Source of the DNA: an uncultured Alphaproteobacteria bacterium
GTDB lineage: Bacteria; Pseudomonadota; Alphaproteobacteria; Rs-D84
Reading direction: 5' to 3'
Length of the DNA: 64,000 nt
Assembly: GCA_944389465.1 (NCBI GenBank)
Contig: CALXML010000003.1
Span: 20,369 to 84,368, forward strand
A program made the translations under genes and the position numbers. This document shows positions 26,612 through 37,836 of the stretch, in pieces; the stretch's first letter is position 1; every line of letters starts with the position of its first letter. Under the pieces are notes generated by a model. It saw nothing but the letters and a program-made list of their open reading frames with translations. It ran no database searches and had not been told where the DNA came from.

Positions 26612-27233
26612 TTTTATTCATCCTTTCTTTTACTGGTTTATAACTTTTACGATAATGTTCGTTTATACCATATTTTTCAATTGCGTGCAAATGTTCGGGG
26701 GTGGGATAGCCCGCATTTTTATCCCACCCGTACATTGGGTATTGTGTGGCCAAATCGTGCATAATTTTATCACGTGTTTGCTTTGCAATAATGGATGCGG
26801 CGGCAATGGACAATGATTTTGCATCGCCACGCACAATGGGCATGCCGGTTAAATGTGGCGGCAACTTGTTCCCGTCAATCAGGCAAAATTGCGGTGTGCA
26901 AGTTAATTTTTGTACCGCACGTTCCATTGCGGTCAGGGACGCGTGCAGAATGTTTAATTCATCTATTTCAGCCGGACTGCATTGTGCCACCGCCCAAATT
27001 GTGTTTTGGGTTATCCAATCGTACGCCAGCATTCGCATATGTGCGGTCATTTGTTTTGAATCACGAATTATAACCGGTATTTCAATGTCACGACGTGGGA
27101 ATATAACCGCCGCCGCAACCACCGGCCCACACAGTGGGCCACGGCCGGCCTCGTCCACGCCGGCGATGGTGGTAAAGCCTGTTTCGTTTTCAATATCAAA
27201 TGTTGGTGTTGTTTTCATAGTGATTAAAACCAT
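26592..27233 (-). CDS. rnhB: Ribonuclease HII (start uncertain: 27233 or 27218)
   Basis: IAGVDEAGRGPLCGPVVAAAVIF catalytic motif. The end overlaps the pgk start by 20 nt. Confidence 0.9.
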   Translation of the reverse strand: MVLITMKTTPTFDIENETGFTTIAGVDEAGRGPLCGPVVAAAVIFPRRDIEIPVIIRDSKQMTAHMRMLAYDWITQNTIWAVAQCSPAEIDELNILHASLTAMERAVQKLTCTPQFCLIDGNKLPPHLTGMPIVRGDAKSLSIAAASIIAKQTRDKIMHDLATQYPMYGWDKNAGYPTPEHLHAIEKYGINEHYRKSYKPVKERMNKNETSHD

Positions 27234-27280
27234 ATCACAAATTTATGGTAAATGGAAAACTTTTCATATATAATGTATGG

Positions 27281-27475
27281 CGTATCGGTGTGTTGCCGGT
27301 ATGTGGTGTCACAACCCGTCAAAACGCGTTTCGCATATGCGAAATGAAAAAAATCTCCAACATTGGTTGGAGGGTGCTGAATAACCAATAAAGCACACTA
27401 TTCGTTTTGATAGTTGTGAACCTCCAACCCACCTGAAAAAATTTTTCTGGTGGTTTTTTATTATGGGGGAAAATT
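27281..27475 (+). promoter_or_regulatory. Type-1 structured 5' leader, copy C (subtype I), upstream of XRE regulator 1
   Basis: -10 TATAAT at 27269-27274. Helices: ATCGG/CCGGT, TCACAAC/GTTGTGA, TTTCGCAT/ATGCGAAA, CTCCAAC/GTTGGAG, GTGCT/AGCAC, ACTAT/ATAGT. Terminator CCACC/GGTGG plus T6 (27428-27459). Confidence 0.65.
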
Positions 27476-27826
27476 ATGGTTGGAATAAAGCACCAGATGT
27501 GTGAATTTGATATTAATGCCGGACGAATTATTGCAATGCTGCGTATGCGTATGGGATTAAGCCAGCAGGATTTGGGTAAAAAATTGGGTGTTACTTTTCA
27601 GCAAATTCAAAAATATGAATGTGGCGAAAACAGATTAACCGCCGCACGATTAAATGATATTTGCCGTGTGTTTGAAATATCGCCGGCCGCATTTTATGAC
27701 AATGTTAACCTGCCATATGTTCATGATAAATGTATGATGGATTTAATAAATACTGTTTATAAATTACCAACTGGCCAGCGCAAGATTATTTTGCAAATCG
27801 CCACGGCATTCCATTTGGCGGGCTAA
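27476..27826 (+). CDS. XRE-family helix-turn-helix transcriptional regulator (116 aa)
   Basis: GLSQQDLGKKLGVTFQQIQKYECGENRLTAARLNDICRVFEISPAAF is a canonical HTH_XRE pattern; RBS GGGGGA. Confidence 0.8.
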   Translation: MVGIKHQMCEFDINAGRIIAMLRMRMGLSQQDLGKKLGVTFQQIQKYECGENRLTAARLNDICRVFEISPAAFYDNVNLPYVHDKCMMDLINTVYKLPTGQRKIILQIATAFHLAG

Positions 27827-29553
27827 ATTGCCATGCGGTCGGCGATTTGTTTTTGGACGTATTCGTCTTCGCTGTTATACAGGGGCCATTCGGCGTTTGC
27901 CAAATCTTTCATTGTTGTTAATGGTTGGTCCAGACGTGCGCGATACAACCACATATTTGACATAACACGCTTTATATAACTGCGGGTTTCGTATGTTGGA
28001 AAACTTTCTATATACAGCAGTGGGTCATATGTTTCAAACATTTTTTCAAAATCCACCAATGTGCCCATGCCGGCGTTATATGCGGCCAACATTTTTATTA
28101 TATTATTGTTTATATTTGGGTGTGCCAATAAATCCACAATGTATTGTTGGCCTAAAAACATATTATGTTCTGGGTTTTGCATATCTATGTCAGACATATT
28201 GACCTTGTTTTCGCGGGCGACACGTTTGGCAGTGCTGGGCATAATTTGCATCAGGCCATTTGCACCCGCACCTGATTTTGCGTTCGTGCGGAAACCACTT
28301 TCCTGTTTAGTAATTGCCAATAACAATGCGCGGTCAATGGACCAACCGCCCATTGGTTCCCAATCGGGCAGGGGATATTGCGCCGAATATATAATATTGT
28401 CATCAATTTCCAAAATTCCGCGGTCTTTTACCAAACTGGATGCCTGAATTGATACACGCGGCAGGCCATATGCCGTTGCAATGGAATTTATTGCGTGCAG
28501 GGTTTTATCTGATACTTTGGCCGTTATCATATATTTCAGATACAATTCGGCGCGGTCCTTTTGACCCACCTGTAACAAAGCCAATGCAATTTTGCCGTAT
28601 TTTGTTTCGCGCAAAGTATCAACATCGTCGTCGGTACAGTCCTGTTCAAAAAATTCGTATCGTGGTGTGTGCCCCAGCATCACGGATGATAATGCGCCAT
28701 AAAATGCCATTGGATGTGCGGCGGCGATTTTCCAGTATTTTTTTGCCGCACTGCGGTTACCGTTGGCATCGGCCGCACGGCCCGCCCAGAAGGCGGCCTC
28801 GGTCTTGCGGGCATTATTTATTTGTTCCAAATCCAAAATAGCACTGAAATATTTTTCACTTTCGTCGTATTTTTCTTCTTTGAAATACAGCAATCCCATT
28901 GCCCACAGGCCATATTCTGATTTCGCATCTGATGCAACAAAGCCCCATTTTTTTGCCAATTCAAATTCACCGTTTGTGTAATATATAAATGATAAACGGC
29001 CAGCCAGACGGCCATAATCTGATTCGGTTAATTTCTTTTTAAATGATGAATCTTCCAGAATGTTGCGGGCGGTTTTTGTTGCGCCACTGCGAATTGCACG
29101 CTTGAATTTATTTATTTTGGTGTTTGTTTCGCCAGAATATTTTTTGGCTGTCCATGTTTCGGATTGTGCCGTTTCAATAGATGCACCGCCACTGATTGTG
29201 CGCGGAATGTACGGCTTGCGAACGGTGGCCTGTTTTATTTTTGCCAATTTTGCCATACGTTCAGCCCCCGGCATATCGTAATATTTTTCCATCCATGCGG
29301 TGATTTCCCTGCCGCGGGTACGATATGTATCAGAAATATACCGTTGGTATAAGACTTCGTTCATTAACAGGGGGTCGGATAATTGTTCTTGTAATTTTTG
29401 CGCCGCGGATATTTCTTCGGCATCCTGAAGTAAGAATATTTGAGTGTATAAACTGGCGTCTGCATCGGATAAAACATTTATATCCGGCAGGTCTGCTGCA
29501 ATCGCAGTCAGTGGCAAAAATATTGCTATTAAAAATGTGAATATTTTTTTCAT
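27823..29553 (-). CDS. Soluble lytic murein transglycosylase (Slt70-like)
   Basis: Start at MKKIFTFLIAIFLPLTAIA (signal peptide). Superhelical N-terminal region. SLT domain ...TKQESGFRTNAKSGAGANGLMQIMPSTA...AAYNAG. Confidence 0.85.
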   Translation of the reverse strand: MKKIFTFLIAIFLPLTAIAADLPDINVLSDADASLYTQIFLLQDAEEISAAQKLQEQLSDPLLMNEVLYQRYISDTYRTRGREITAWMEKYYDMPGAERMAKLAKIKQATVRKPYIPRTISGGASIETAQSETWTAKKYSGETNTKINKFKRAIRSGATKTARNILEDSSFKKKLTESDYGRLAGRLSFIYYTNGEFELAKKWGFVASDAKSEYGLWAMGLLYFKEEKYDESEKYFSAILDLEQINNARKTEAAFWAGRAADANGNRSAAKKYWKIAAAHPMAFYGALSSVMLGHTPRYEFFEQDCTDDDVDTLRETKYGKIALALLQVGQKDRAELYLKYMITAKVSDKTLHAINSIATAYGLPRVSIQASSLVKDRGILEIDDNIIYSAQYPLPDWEPMGGWSIDRALLLAITKQESGFRTNAKSGAGANGLMQIMPSTAKRVARENKVNMSDIDMQNPEHNMFLGQQYIVDLLAHPNINNNIIKMLAAYNAGMGTLVDFEKMFETYDPLLYIESFPTYETRSYIKRVMSNMWLYRARLDQPLTTMKDLANAEWPLYNSEDEYVQKQIADRMAI

Positions 29554-29561
29554 AGTTTTAA

Positions 29562-30062
29562 TCAGAACAGTGATGTTTTTGGCAATTTGCAAACATTGGC
29601 GTTATCGTCATCTTCGGGTATTTGTGCCAATATTTTCTTGAAATCCGAAATGTGTGAAAATTTACGATATACTGATACAAAACGCACAAATGCAATCGGG
29701 TCCAAGTTCAGCAGTGAATCAGAAACCATTTGACCAACCATTGCGCTGGTTACCGTATCGTCGGCTGTTTCGGTTTCCAATCTGCGGTGTATGGATGTCA
29801 CCAGTTTTTCAATCTGTTCGTCGCCAACATCACGGTTACGACAGGCCAATTTTATACTGCGACGCAGTTTTTCACGGTCAAAGGCCTCCAGCTTGCCGCT
29901 GTTTTTACGAACCATCAGGTCGCGCATTTGAACGCGTTCAACGGTTGTAAACTTTGCCCCGCATTGATTGCATACGCGACGCCGCCGAATAATTGCATCT
30001 TCGGTATCGGGGCGCGAATCTGTTACGCGACTGTCTGTTGAATTACAATATGGACATCTCAT
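29562..30062 (-). CDS. nrdR: Transcriptional repressor NrdR
   Basis: Start at MRCPYCNSTDSRVTDSRP...CNQCGAKFTTVE (zinc ribbon), followed by an ATP-cone. Confidence 0.92.
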   Translation of the reverse strand: MRCPYCNSTDSRVTDSRPDTEDAIIRRRRVCNQCGAKFTTVERVQMRDLMVRKNSGKLEAFDREKLRRSIKLACRNRDVGDEQIEKLVTSIHRRLETETADDTVTSAMVGQMVSDSLLNLDPIAFVRFVSVYRKFSHISDFKKILAQIPEDDDNANVCKLPKTSLF

Positions 30063-30232
30063 AGATATATACGGTAGCAATCAAAATCCCACCTGTAAAG
30101 CAGAAAGTGATTTTTGGCATATTGGCCAAAAAATGCGTTTTTTATAAAAATCAAGCACTTTATTTATATTCGTGTTCTGGGGGGCGGCTTTTTAATAGGG
30201 CCATTTTATGATAAAATAGGATTTGAGATTAG

Positions 30233-31339
<1,107 letters not shown>

Positions 31340-31363
31340 AAAACGGGGCATTGCCCCGTTTTT
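31340..31363. terminator. ccrM terminator (CGGGGC family), shared with the P2 remnant
   Basis: AAAAA-CGGGGC-att-GCCCCG-T5. Confidence 0.8.
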
Positions 31364-31393
31364 ATTAGAGAACAGAGTACAGAGATTGGTTTT

Positions 31394-31573
31394 CTATTCC
31401 AGTGGACATACGGATGTGAATATGTATGCGCCGCTGTCGTCTGTAAAACGAACGCTTGGTGGTGCATACATTATGCACGAACCGGCGGGATTGCCAGCCA
31501 AACAAGTGTCTGCCCTGCCGGCGGGCGCGACTGTCGGGCGGGTTGTATTTTTTATATGGTGTACTATATATAT
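31394..31573 (-). pseudogene. Decayed P2-family gene fragment (no start codon, no signal peptide)
   Basis: My manual translation of the minus frame ending at TAG (31396-31394) gives ...KNTTRPTVAPAGRADTCLAGNPAGSCIMYAPPSVRFTDDSGAYIFTSVCPLE*. An in-frame stop lies at 31574-31576, and a conserved Cys is replaced by Arg. Confidence 0.6.
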
Positions 31574-31643
31574 TTATCATAAATTCGCGAATCGGGTTTT
31601 TGTGTGATATAGTTTTATTTGTAAAAAGTAAGGGATTTATATT

Positions 31644-32225
31644 ATGGCTTTGATACCAATGGTAATAGAGGAATCGCCCCGTGGTGAACGTTCCTTTGAC
31701 ATTTTTTCACGTTTGCTGCGTGACCGTATCGTTATGATAAATGGGCAAATTGAACCAAATATGGCCAATACTGTTGTGGCACAGTTGCTGTTTTTGGAAT
31801 CTGAAAATCCAAATGCTGAAATTTCGGTGTATATTAATTCGCCGGGGGGGGATGTATCCGCCGGTTGGGCAATTATGGATACCATGCAATATATTAAATC
31901 GCCGGTGTCAACAATTGGTATGGGGTTGGTGGCGTCAATGGGTTCGGTTTTATTGGCTGCGGGTGAACGGGGCAAACGTTTTGCGTTGCCGAATACCAGC
32001 ATTATGATTCATCAACCATTGGGTGGATTTGAAGGTCAGGTTACCGATGTTGAAATTCGTATGAAAGAATTACAACGTACGAAAAAAACATTGATTAAGC
32101 AAATGGCTGAATTTACAGGACGCAAAGAAAAAGAATTATTTGAAGCAATGGAACGTGATAATTGGATGACACCCGATGATGCCAAGGATTTTGGATTAAT
32201 TGATGGTGTATTAAAACGTAAATAA
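31644..32225 (+). CDS. clpP: ATP-dependent Clp protease proteolytic subunit
   Basis: ...[24 protein letters not shown]...[13 protein letters not shown]...GLVASMGS... Confidence 0.96.
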   Translation: MALIPMVIEESPRGERSFDIFSRLLRDRIVMINGQIEPNMANTVVAQLLFLESENPNAEISVYINSPGGDVSAGWAIMDTMQYIKSPVSTIGMGLVASMGSVLLAAGERGKRFALPNTSIMIHQPLGGFEGQVTDVEIRMKELQRTKKTLIKQMAEFTGRKEKELFEAMERDNWMTPDDAKDFGLIDGVLKRK

Positions 32226-32254
32226 TTTTGTCCACAGCATAGGGGATATTGAAT

Positions 32255-33529
32255 ATGAGTGACGATAAAATTAAATCCACTGATGAAACACAAAATAATT
32301 CTGCACCACAATTTTGCAGTTTTTGTGGCAAGGCCGTATATGAAGTAAAAAAATTGGTCAGTGGTCGCAATGTATGCATTTGTGATGAATGTATAAATCT
32401 GTGCAACGATATTATGGCAGATGATATGCGGAACGAGGTTGGACGCGACGCCGCCAAATTACCAACCCCGCATCAAATTTATGACTTTTTAAATGAGTAT
32501 ATTGTCGGTCAGGATTCTGCAAAACGTACTTTATCTGTTGCCGTATATAATCATTACAAGCGTCACAGTGTTGCACTGAATACAAATGTTGAAATTCAAA
32601 AATCCAATGTTTTATTAATTGGACCAACGGGGACTGGAAAAACTTTATTTGCCCAGACATTGGCACGTATATTGGATGTACCGTTTGCCATTGCCGATGC
32701 CACCACTTTGACCGAGGCCGGATATGTTGGTGATGACGTTGAAAGTGTTTTAACACGTTTGTTGCAAAATGCTAATTTTGATGTGGAACAGGCCAGTCGT
32801 GGAATTATATATATTGATGAAATAGATAAAATTGCACGTAAATCTGAAAACCCATCGTTGACACGTGATGTTTCCGGCGAAGGTGTGCAACAGGCGTTAT
32901 TAAAATTAGTAGAGGGCACAGTTGCCAATGTTCCTGCCGGTGGGGCGGGGCGTAAACATCCGGGCGAGGCCACCGTTCAACTGGATACCAGCAAGATTTT
33001 ATTTATCTGTGGCGGTGCGTTTGATGGATTAAATAAAATTATTGGTGCACGTACAAATGAACGTGCGGGCATTGGTTTTGGTGCAAATGTTCAGTCCAAG
33101 AAAGAACGCGAATCTAAAAACTATTTGGATGATGTTCAACCAGAAGATTTGGTGAAATTCGGAATTATTCCTGAATTGGTTGGACGTTTGCCAATTGTTA
33201 CAACACTGCAGGATTTGGATGAAAATGCATTGGTAAAAATTTTGACTGAACCAAAAAATGCGATTGTAAAGCAATATGCCGCCATGCTGGAAATGGATGG
33301 TGTTAAATTAACAATAACTGATGATGGGTTGCGTGAAATTGCTAAAAAGGCAGTTGAACGTAAAACTGGGGCGCGTGGGTTGCGCAGTATTTTGGAAAAA
33401 ATATTATTACAACCGATGTTTGATGCCCCTGAAAAAGAGGACTTGGTTGAAATTGTCATAGACAAGGATGTTGTTGCCGGTAAAAAGCCACCGGTGGAAA
33501 TCCTGCGTGATGCCAAGAAAGTTGCATAA
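32255..33529 (+). CDS. clpX: ATP-dependent Clp protease ATP-binding subunit ClpX
   Basis: ATG at 32255 (RBS AGGGGA). Zn-binding CSFCGK...CICDEC. Walker A GPTGTGKT. Confidence 0.96.
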   Translation: MSDDKIKSTDETQNNSAPQFCSFCGKAVYEVKKLVSGRNVCICDECINLCNDIMADDMRNEVGRDAAKLPTPHQIYDFLNEYIVGQDSAKRTLSVAVYNHYKRHSVALNTNVEIQKSNVLLIGPTGTGKTLFAQTLARILDVPFAIADATTLTEAGYVGDDVESVLTRLLQNANFDVEQASRGIIYIDEIDKIARKSENPSLTRDVSGEGVQQALLKLVEGTVANVPAGGAGRKHPGEATVQLDTSKILFICGGAFDGLNKIIGARTNERAGIGFGANVQSKKERESKNYLDDVQPEDLVKFGIIPELVGRLPIVTTLQDLDENALVKILTEPKNAIVKQYAAMLEMDGVKLTITDDGLREIAKKAVERKTGARGLRSILEKILLQPMFDAPEKEDLVEIVIDKDVVAGKKPPVEILRDAKKVA

Positions 33530-33533
33530 AATA

Positions 33534-33559
33534 AAAACGGGGTGAATGCCCCGTTTTTA
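33534..33559. terminator. clpX terminator (CGGGG family)
   Basis: AAAAA-CGGGG-tgaat-GCCCCG-T5. Confidence 0.8.
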
Positions 33560-33571
33560 AAGAATTATTTT

Positions 33572-34441
33572 TTAATAAAAGCATTGGTCTGTAAAATAGA
33601 AAGTGCCCTCGGGTACGGTTATATCTTTACCGTATTGAATGTAACATCCTGATAATGTTGGGTTATTGGATTTACATTTTATATCAATGCCGTATTCACC
33701 ATAATTTCCTTGGAATTGTGGGCATTTACTGCAACTGGTGGGTTGGGTATCTGCGTCATTATTACTGTTATAATATCCGTCGTCCGTGTCACATCTGTAT
33801 TTGTAACCACATTTGCCATTTGTGCATGTTACCTGTTGCAGTAATCCGTCTTTGCCAGCAACAGGTTTGCCCAGTATATAATTTCTGTCATAATCCGGAC
33901 AATCTGCTGCCCTGTTGCATGTAAATTCACATTGTTCCACCTGAAAACTGGAATTGCATCCTGTGACATTAACAGTAACCCATTTTTTTTCATGGTTTGC
34001 TTGGCAGGAACCAGTACAGTCTTCTATTGGTCCCAGCAGACCATGTGTATCTGTAAGCAAATATCTGCGTTCACCGCTGGCGCAACCGTTTTGATTTGTA
34101 AATGTTTCAACTGGACCCTCGTCATAGCATTTGGTGGTTGACATACCAGTGACCGGCAGGCATTCGTTATACTCTAACAAACCGCAATTGGCCGTATATG
34201 AACCGGCAATTTGTTTTTCAAATCCCCACGTACAGGATTCGCATTCGCGGTATGCATCGGTTGGTTTGCCCGTAATGTCGTCGGTGGGACCATAACATTT
34301 TTCTATGGTTCGGATTTCAATGCCGCCATTGGCTGATTGGGTTATTGCACAGTTGGACGGTGTGGTTGGCCCAGCAACGCCGCCGGTATAGAAAGTACAT
34401 GAACGTACGCCACATTCTGCAATTGAATTGTTAATTGGCAT
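33572..34441 (-). CDS. Cysteine-rich protein with a C-terminal GYY...CxxCP...CYI...CFY module and no recognisable signal peptide
   Basis: Start placed at MPINNSIAECG (34441), because 34442-34568 is the conserved non-coding type-2 leader; the listed ORF extends to 34531. The C-terminus aligns with the 4437..5174 and 24275..24802 products. Confidence 0.6.
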   Translation of the reverse strand: MPINNSIAECGVRSCTFYTGGVAGPTTPSNCAITQSANGGIEIRTIEKCYGPTDDITGKPTDAYRECESCTWGFEKQIAGSYTANCGLLEYNECLPVTGMSTTKCYDEGPVETFTNQNGCASGERRYLLTDTHGLLGPIEDCTGSCQANHEKKWVTVNVTGCNSSFQVEQCEFTCNRAADCPDYDRNYILGKPVAGKDGLLQQVTCTNGKCGYKYRCDTDDGYYNSNNDADTQPTSCSKCPQFQGNYGEYGIDIKCKSNNPTLSGCYIQYGKDITVPEGTFYFTDQCFY

Positions 34442-34568
34442 AAAGGTTAATATTAATCCACCGTTTGTTTTCGGCGAAATGGGGGAACAAAAAAATGCAG
34501 AAATCTGGGATTTTTTCAAAAATAAAAACACCGATTTTTATCGGTGGTTTATTTTCGGCATTTGTTTA
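34442..34568 (-). promoter_or_regulatory. Type-2 conserved 5' leader, copy 2
   Basis: The reverse complement reads ...TGCCGAAAATAAACCACCGATaaaaATCGGTGTTTTTATTTTTGAAAAAATCCCAGATTTCTG..., about 80% identical to 4300-4420. The second hairpin is degraded. Confidence 0.55.
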
Positions 34569-34573
34569 TATGT

Positions 34574-34603
34574 ATTTTACCCCAAATTCCGCCCACGCGT
34601 CAA
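34574..34603 (-). promoter_or_regulatory. Sigma70-like promoter of type-2 leader copy 2
   Basis: TTGACG (34603-34598), 18-nt spacer, TAAAAT (34579-34574). Same -35 and spacing as copy 1. Confidence 0.55.
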
Positions 34604-34694
34604 CATCATTTTTGATGTTTTTTACCGCCATACAAAAAATATTTTTTTGTGGGCGATGTTGGTCGGATTGTTTCTGGCCGATACAGGAACAAAA

Positions 34695-34725
34695 ATAAAA
34701 AACACACATATTTGTGTGTTTTTTA
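34695..34725. terminator. Bidirectional terminator downstream of tRNA-Leu(CAA)
   Basis: A-run, AACACACA-tattt-TGTGTGTT, T-run. Confidence 0.75.
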
Positions 34726-34732
34726 TTTTATC

Positions 34733-34817
34733 TGGTGGCCCTGGTCGGACTCGAACCGACACTCCTTGCAGAACTTGATTTTGAGTCAAGCGCGTCTACC
34801 AATTCCGCCACGGGGCC
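34733..34817 (-). tRNA. tRNA-Leu (anticodon CAA), class II with a long variable arm
   Basis: The reverse complement folds as GGCCCCG/CAGGGCC acceptor (one C-A mismatch), anticodon stem CTTGA/TCAAG with loop CTCAAAA, T-arm GTCGG-TTCGAGT-CCGAC, and an encoded CCA. Confidence 0.85.
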
Positions 34818-34835
34818 AAAACGCAATACAACAAA

Positions 34836-35210
34836 TTATTTTGTTGCCGCCTGACGTGCTGCTACCTTTTTAACCAAACGGGCACTGCGATTCGCCTTGT
34901 GCACTGGTTTTTTAGCAGGTTTTTCAGCCGCACCAATTTTTTTGTTAATCGCTTTTTTAATTGCGGCCATTTCTGGGGTCAAACGGGATGGGGATTTGGA
35001 CATTACATATGCGTCCAGACCGCCATGCTTGGTCAATGTGCGCAGACCAGCCGTAGAAATACGCAATGAAAAATCACGATTTAAAATATCACTGTGAAAC
35101 TTTAATTTTTGCAAATTTGGCAAGAATGTACGCTTGGTATGGCGCATAGAGTGGGAAACGTTCATCCCAACCTGTGTTTTCTTACCTGTAACTTTACATA
35201 CGCGTGGCAT
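34836..35210 (-). CDS. rpmB: 50S ribosomal protein L28 with a basic C-terminal extension
   Basis: Start at MPRVCKVTGKKTQVGMNVSHSMRHTKRTFLPNLQ. Confidence 0.9.
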   Translation of the reverse strand: MPRVCKVTGKKTQVGMNVSHSMRHTKRTFLPNLQKLKFHSDILNRDFSLRISTAGLRTLTKHGGLDAYVMSKSPSRLTPEMAAIKKAINKKIGAAEKPAKKPVHKANRSARLVKKVAARQAATK

Positions 35211-35428
35211 ATTATAATCCTTTAATAACTGCGGCATAATTTATACCAAAATTAGTAAAAAGTCAAGAATTGTTTTATATTTTTGCCAATTTTGGTGTAA
35301 CTGTAATATTATATCACAAAAATTTGCAATATCCAGCCATATAAAAAAATCAATGTTTTGATTCCTGTACCTTGAAAAAGCCTTAAATGCTACTATATAT
35401 AGTGAAAAATAAAAGGAGATTGTAATAC

Positions 35429-37486
35429 ATGAATCCAGAAGAAATGCAAGAAACGCCCGAACAGGCCATTGCAAAATATACCACTGATTTTACTAAATTG
35501 GCGGCAGATGGCAAATTGGACCCTGTTATTGGGCGCGATGAAGAAATTCGCCGCACGATACAGGTTTTATCGCGGCGTACAAAAAATAATCCCGTGCTGA
35601 TTGGTAATCCGGGGGTTGGTAAAACTGCCATAGTAGAGGGCTTGGCCGAACGAATCGTATCGCGCGATGTGCCCGAAAATTTATTAAATAAAAAATTGTT
35701 GTCGCTGGATATGGGGGCGTTGATGGCCGGCGCGATGTTCCGTGGCCAGTTTGAGGGCCGGTTCAAGGCTATATTAAAAGCGGTCAAGGATTCTGATGGA
35801 CAAATTATTTTGTTCATTGATGAATTACATACGCTGGTTGGTGCCGGCAAGGGCGAGGGCAGTATGGATGCCGGTAATCTGTTAAAGCCGATGTTGGCAC
35901 GTGGTGAATTGCACTGTTTGGGCGCAACAACGTTGGACGAATATCGCCAATATATTGAAAAAGACCCTGCGTTGGCGCGACGTTTTCAGCCCGTGTATGT
36001 TGATGAACCCAGTGTTGATGACACGATTTCAATCCTGCGTGGATTAAAAGAAAAGTACGAGGGCCACCACGGTGTTCGTATTTCTGATGCGGCATTGGTT
36101 TCGGCGGTGCGTTTGTCCAACCGTTATATTACCGACAGATTTTTACCGGACAAGGCAATTGACCTGATTGACGAAGCCGCCGCACGCGTTCGTATTGAAA
36201 TTGCGTCAAAGCCTGAAAAATTGGACGAGGTTGACCGCCATTTAATGCAATTGAAAATTGAACAACAGGCATTAAAGAAAGAAAAAGATGAAGATTCCAA
36301 AAAACGGTTAAAGGAACTGGAATCTGTTATCAAAGAAACCGAGGCTGAATCTGAAACACTGACGGCACAATGGCGTGCCGAACAGGAAAAAATGCGCGCG
36401 TTATCCGATGCGATGGCTGCGTTGGATTCTGCCAAGGCAGAGGTTGCCGCCGCCATGCGTAATGGCGATTATGAAAAAGCGTCCGCCCTGCAATACGGTA
36501 AAATCCCAGAACTGGAAGAACAGATTCAAAAAATGAATGCGGAATCGCGTGAATATAAAACAGTTTTGCCTGAACATATTGCGGCTGTGGTCAGTAAATG
36601 GACCGGTGTGCCGGCTGATAAATTAAGTATGGAAGAGCAATCCAAACTGTTAAACATAGAAGACGAACTGCGCAAGCGCGTTGTTGGTCAGGACCATGCT
36701 TTGACAGTTATCGCACGTGCGATTCGCCGCAGTCGGGCGGGATTGTCTGACCCACATCGGCCAATGGGCAGTTTTATGTTTCTGGGGCCGACTGGTGTTG
36801 GTAAAACCGAAGTGGCCAAGGCTTTGGCAGAATACCTGTTCAATGATGATACGGCCATGACCCGTATTGATATGAGTGAATATATGGAACCGCATTCTGT
36901 ATCACGCCTGATTGGCAGTCCGCCGGGGTATGTTGGATATGAACAGGGGGGCGTGCTGACCGAAAGTGTGCGTCGTCGTCCGTATCAAGTTTTGCTGTTT
37001 GATGAAATTGAAAAGGCAAATCCTGATGTGTTTAATGTCTTTCTGCAGATATTGGATGATGGGCGTTTAACAGATGGTCAGGGACACGTGGTGAACTTTA
37101 CAAATACCATTATAATTATGACCAGTAATTTGCCAGATATGGATGCGGTAAAGAAAAATTTCCGTCCGGAATTTATAAACCGTATTGATGAAATTGTATT
37201 CTTTAACCCATTGGGCAAGGATGTAATGGCCGGTATCGTAAAGATTCAATTGCGTAATTTGGAACAACGTTTGTCCGAACGCCGCATAACATTGGATGTA
37301 TCAGACAAGGCCATTAAATGGTTGGGTGATAATGGGTATGACCCTGTGTTTGGGGCACGTCCATTAAAGCGACTGATTACATCCGCCGTAGAGGATAAAA
37401 TAGCAGACTTGATTTTATCCGGCCGTGTGGCCGAGGGCAGCACCGTATACGTTGATGTCCATGGCAAGGATTTAACCGTTCAATAA
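35429..37486 (+). CDS. clpB: ClpB disaggregase lacking the N-terminal domain (685 aa)
   Basis: Begins ~13 aa before ...[50 protein letters not shown]. Has the M-domain coiled coil, a second Walker A GPTGVGKT, and ...GARPLKR. Confidence 0.9.
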   Translation: MNPEEMQETPEQAIAKYTTDFTKLAADGKLDPVIGRDEEIRRTIQVLSRRTKNNPVLIGNPGVGKTAIVEGLAERIVSRDVPENLLNKKLLSLDMGALMAGAMFRGQFEGRFKAILKAVKDSDGQIILFIDELHTLVGAGKGEGSMDAGNLLKPMLARGELHCLGATTLDEYRQYIEKDPALARRFQPVYVDEPSVDDTISILRGLKEKYEGHHGVRISDAALVSAVRLSNRYITDRFLPDKAIDLIDEAAARVRIEIASKPEKLDEVDRHLMQLKIEQQALKKEKDEDSKKRLKELESVIKETEAESETLTAQWRAEQEKMRALSDAMAALDSAKAEVAAAMRNGDYEKASALQYGKIPELEEQIQKMNAESREYKTVLPEHIAAVVSKWTGVPADKLSMEEQSKLLNIEDELRKRVVGQDHALTVIARAIRRSRAGLSDPHRPMGSFMFLGPTGVGKTEVAKALAEYLFNDDTAMTRIDMSEYMEPHSVSRLIGSPPGYVGYEQGGVLTESVRRRPYQVLLFDEIEKANPDVFNVFLQILDDGRLTDGQGHVVNFTNTIIIMTSNLPDMDAVKKNFRPEFINRIDEIVFFNPLGKDVMAGIVKIQLRNLEQRLSERRITLDVSDKAIKWLGDNGYDPVFGARPLKRLITSAVEDKIADLILSGRVAEGSTVYVDVHGKDLTVQ

Positions 37487-37510
37487 CAAACGGGGCATTG
37501 CCCCGTTTTT
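37487..37510. terminator. clpB / P2c bidirectional terminator (CGGGGC family)
   Basis: CAAA-CGGGGC-att-GCCCCG-T5. Confidence 0.8.
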
Positions 37511-37540
37511 GTTAGAGAACAGAGTACAGATATTGTTTAT

Positions 37541-37822
37541 CTATTCCAGTGGGCAGGCGGCGGTATATTCATATGTGCCGGATGCATCCGTGTATTCTGT
37601 ATTTGCCGGCGCATACATAATGCATGAATCGGCGGGATTGCCAACCAAACAACTGGTTGTCGTGCCGATTTCTGTGCGCACAGATGAACATGCTGTATCT
37701 GTTATTGTTATATATTCTTCTTCTATGGTGATATAACCGGTTGGACATGATGTTGTTGGCGTGATGGCAAAGGCCACAGTATGCGCCATTGTCACCAAAA
37801 CAAAAATTAAAAATTTTTTCAT
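37541..37822 (-). CDS. P2-family small secreted Cys protein (copy c)
   Basis: Signal peptide; TSCPTGYITIEEEYITITDTAC...TTSCLVGNPADSCIMYAPANTEYTDASGTYEYTAACPLE; RBS GGGGGA. Confidence 0.8.
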   Translation of the reverse strand: MKKFLIFVLVTMAHTVAFAITPTTSCPTGYITIEEEYITITDTACSSVRTEIGTTTSCLVGNPADSCIMYAPANTEYTDASGTYEYTAACPLE

Positions 37823-37836
37823 ATGCTGTCCCCCTT

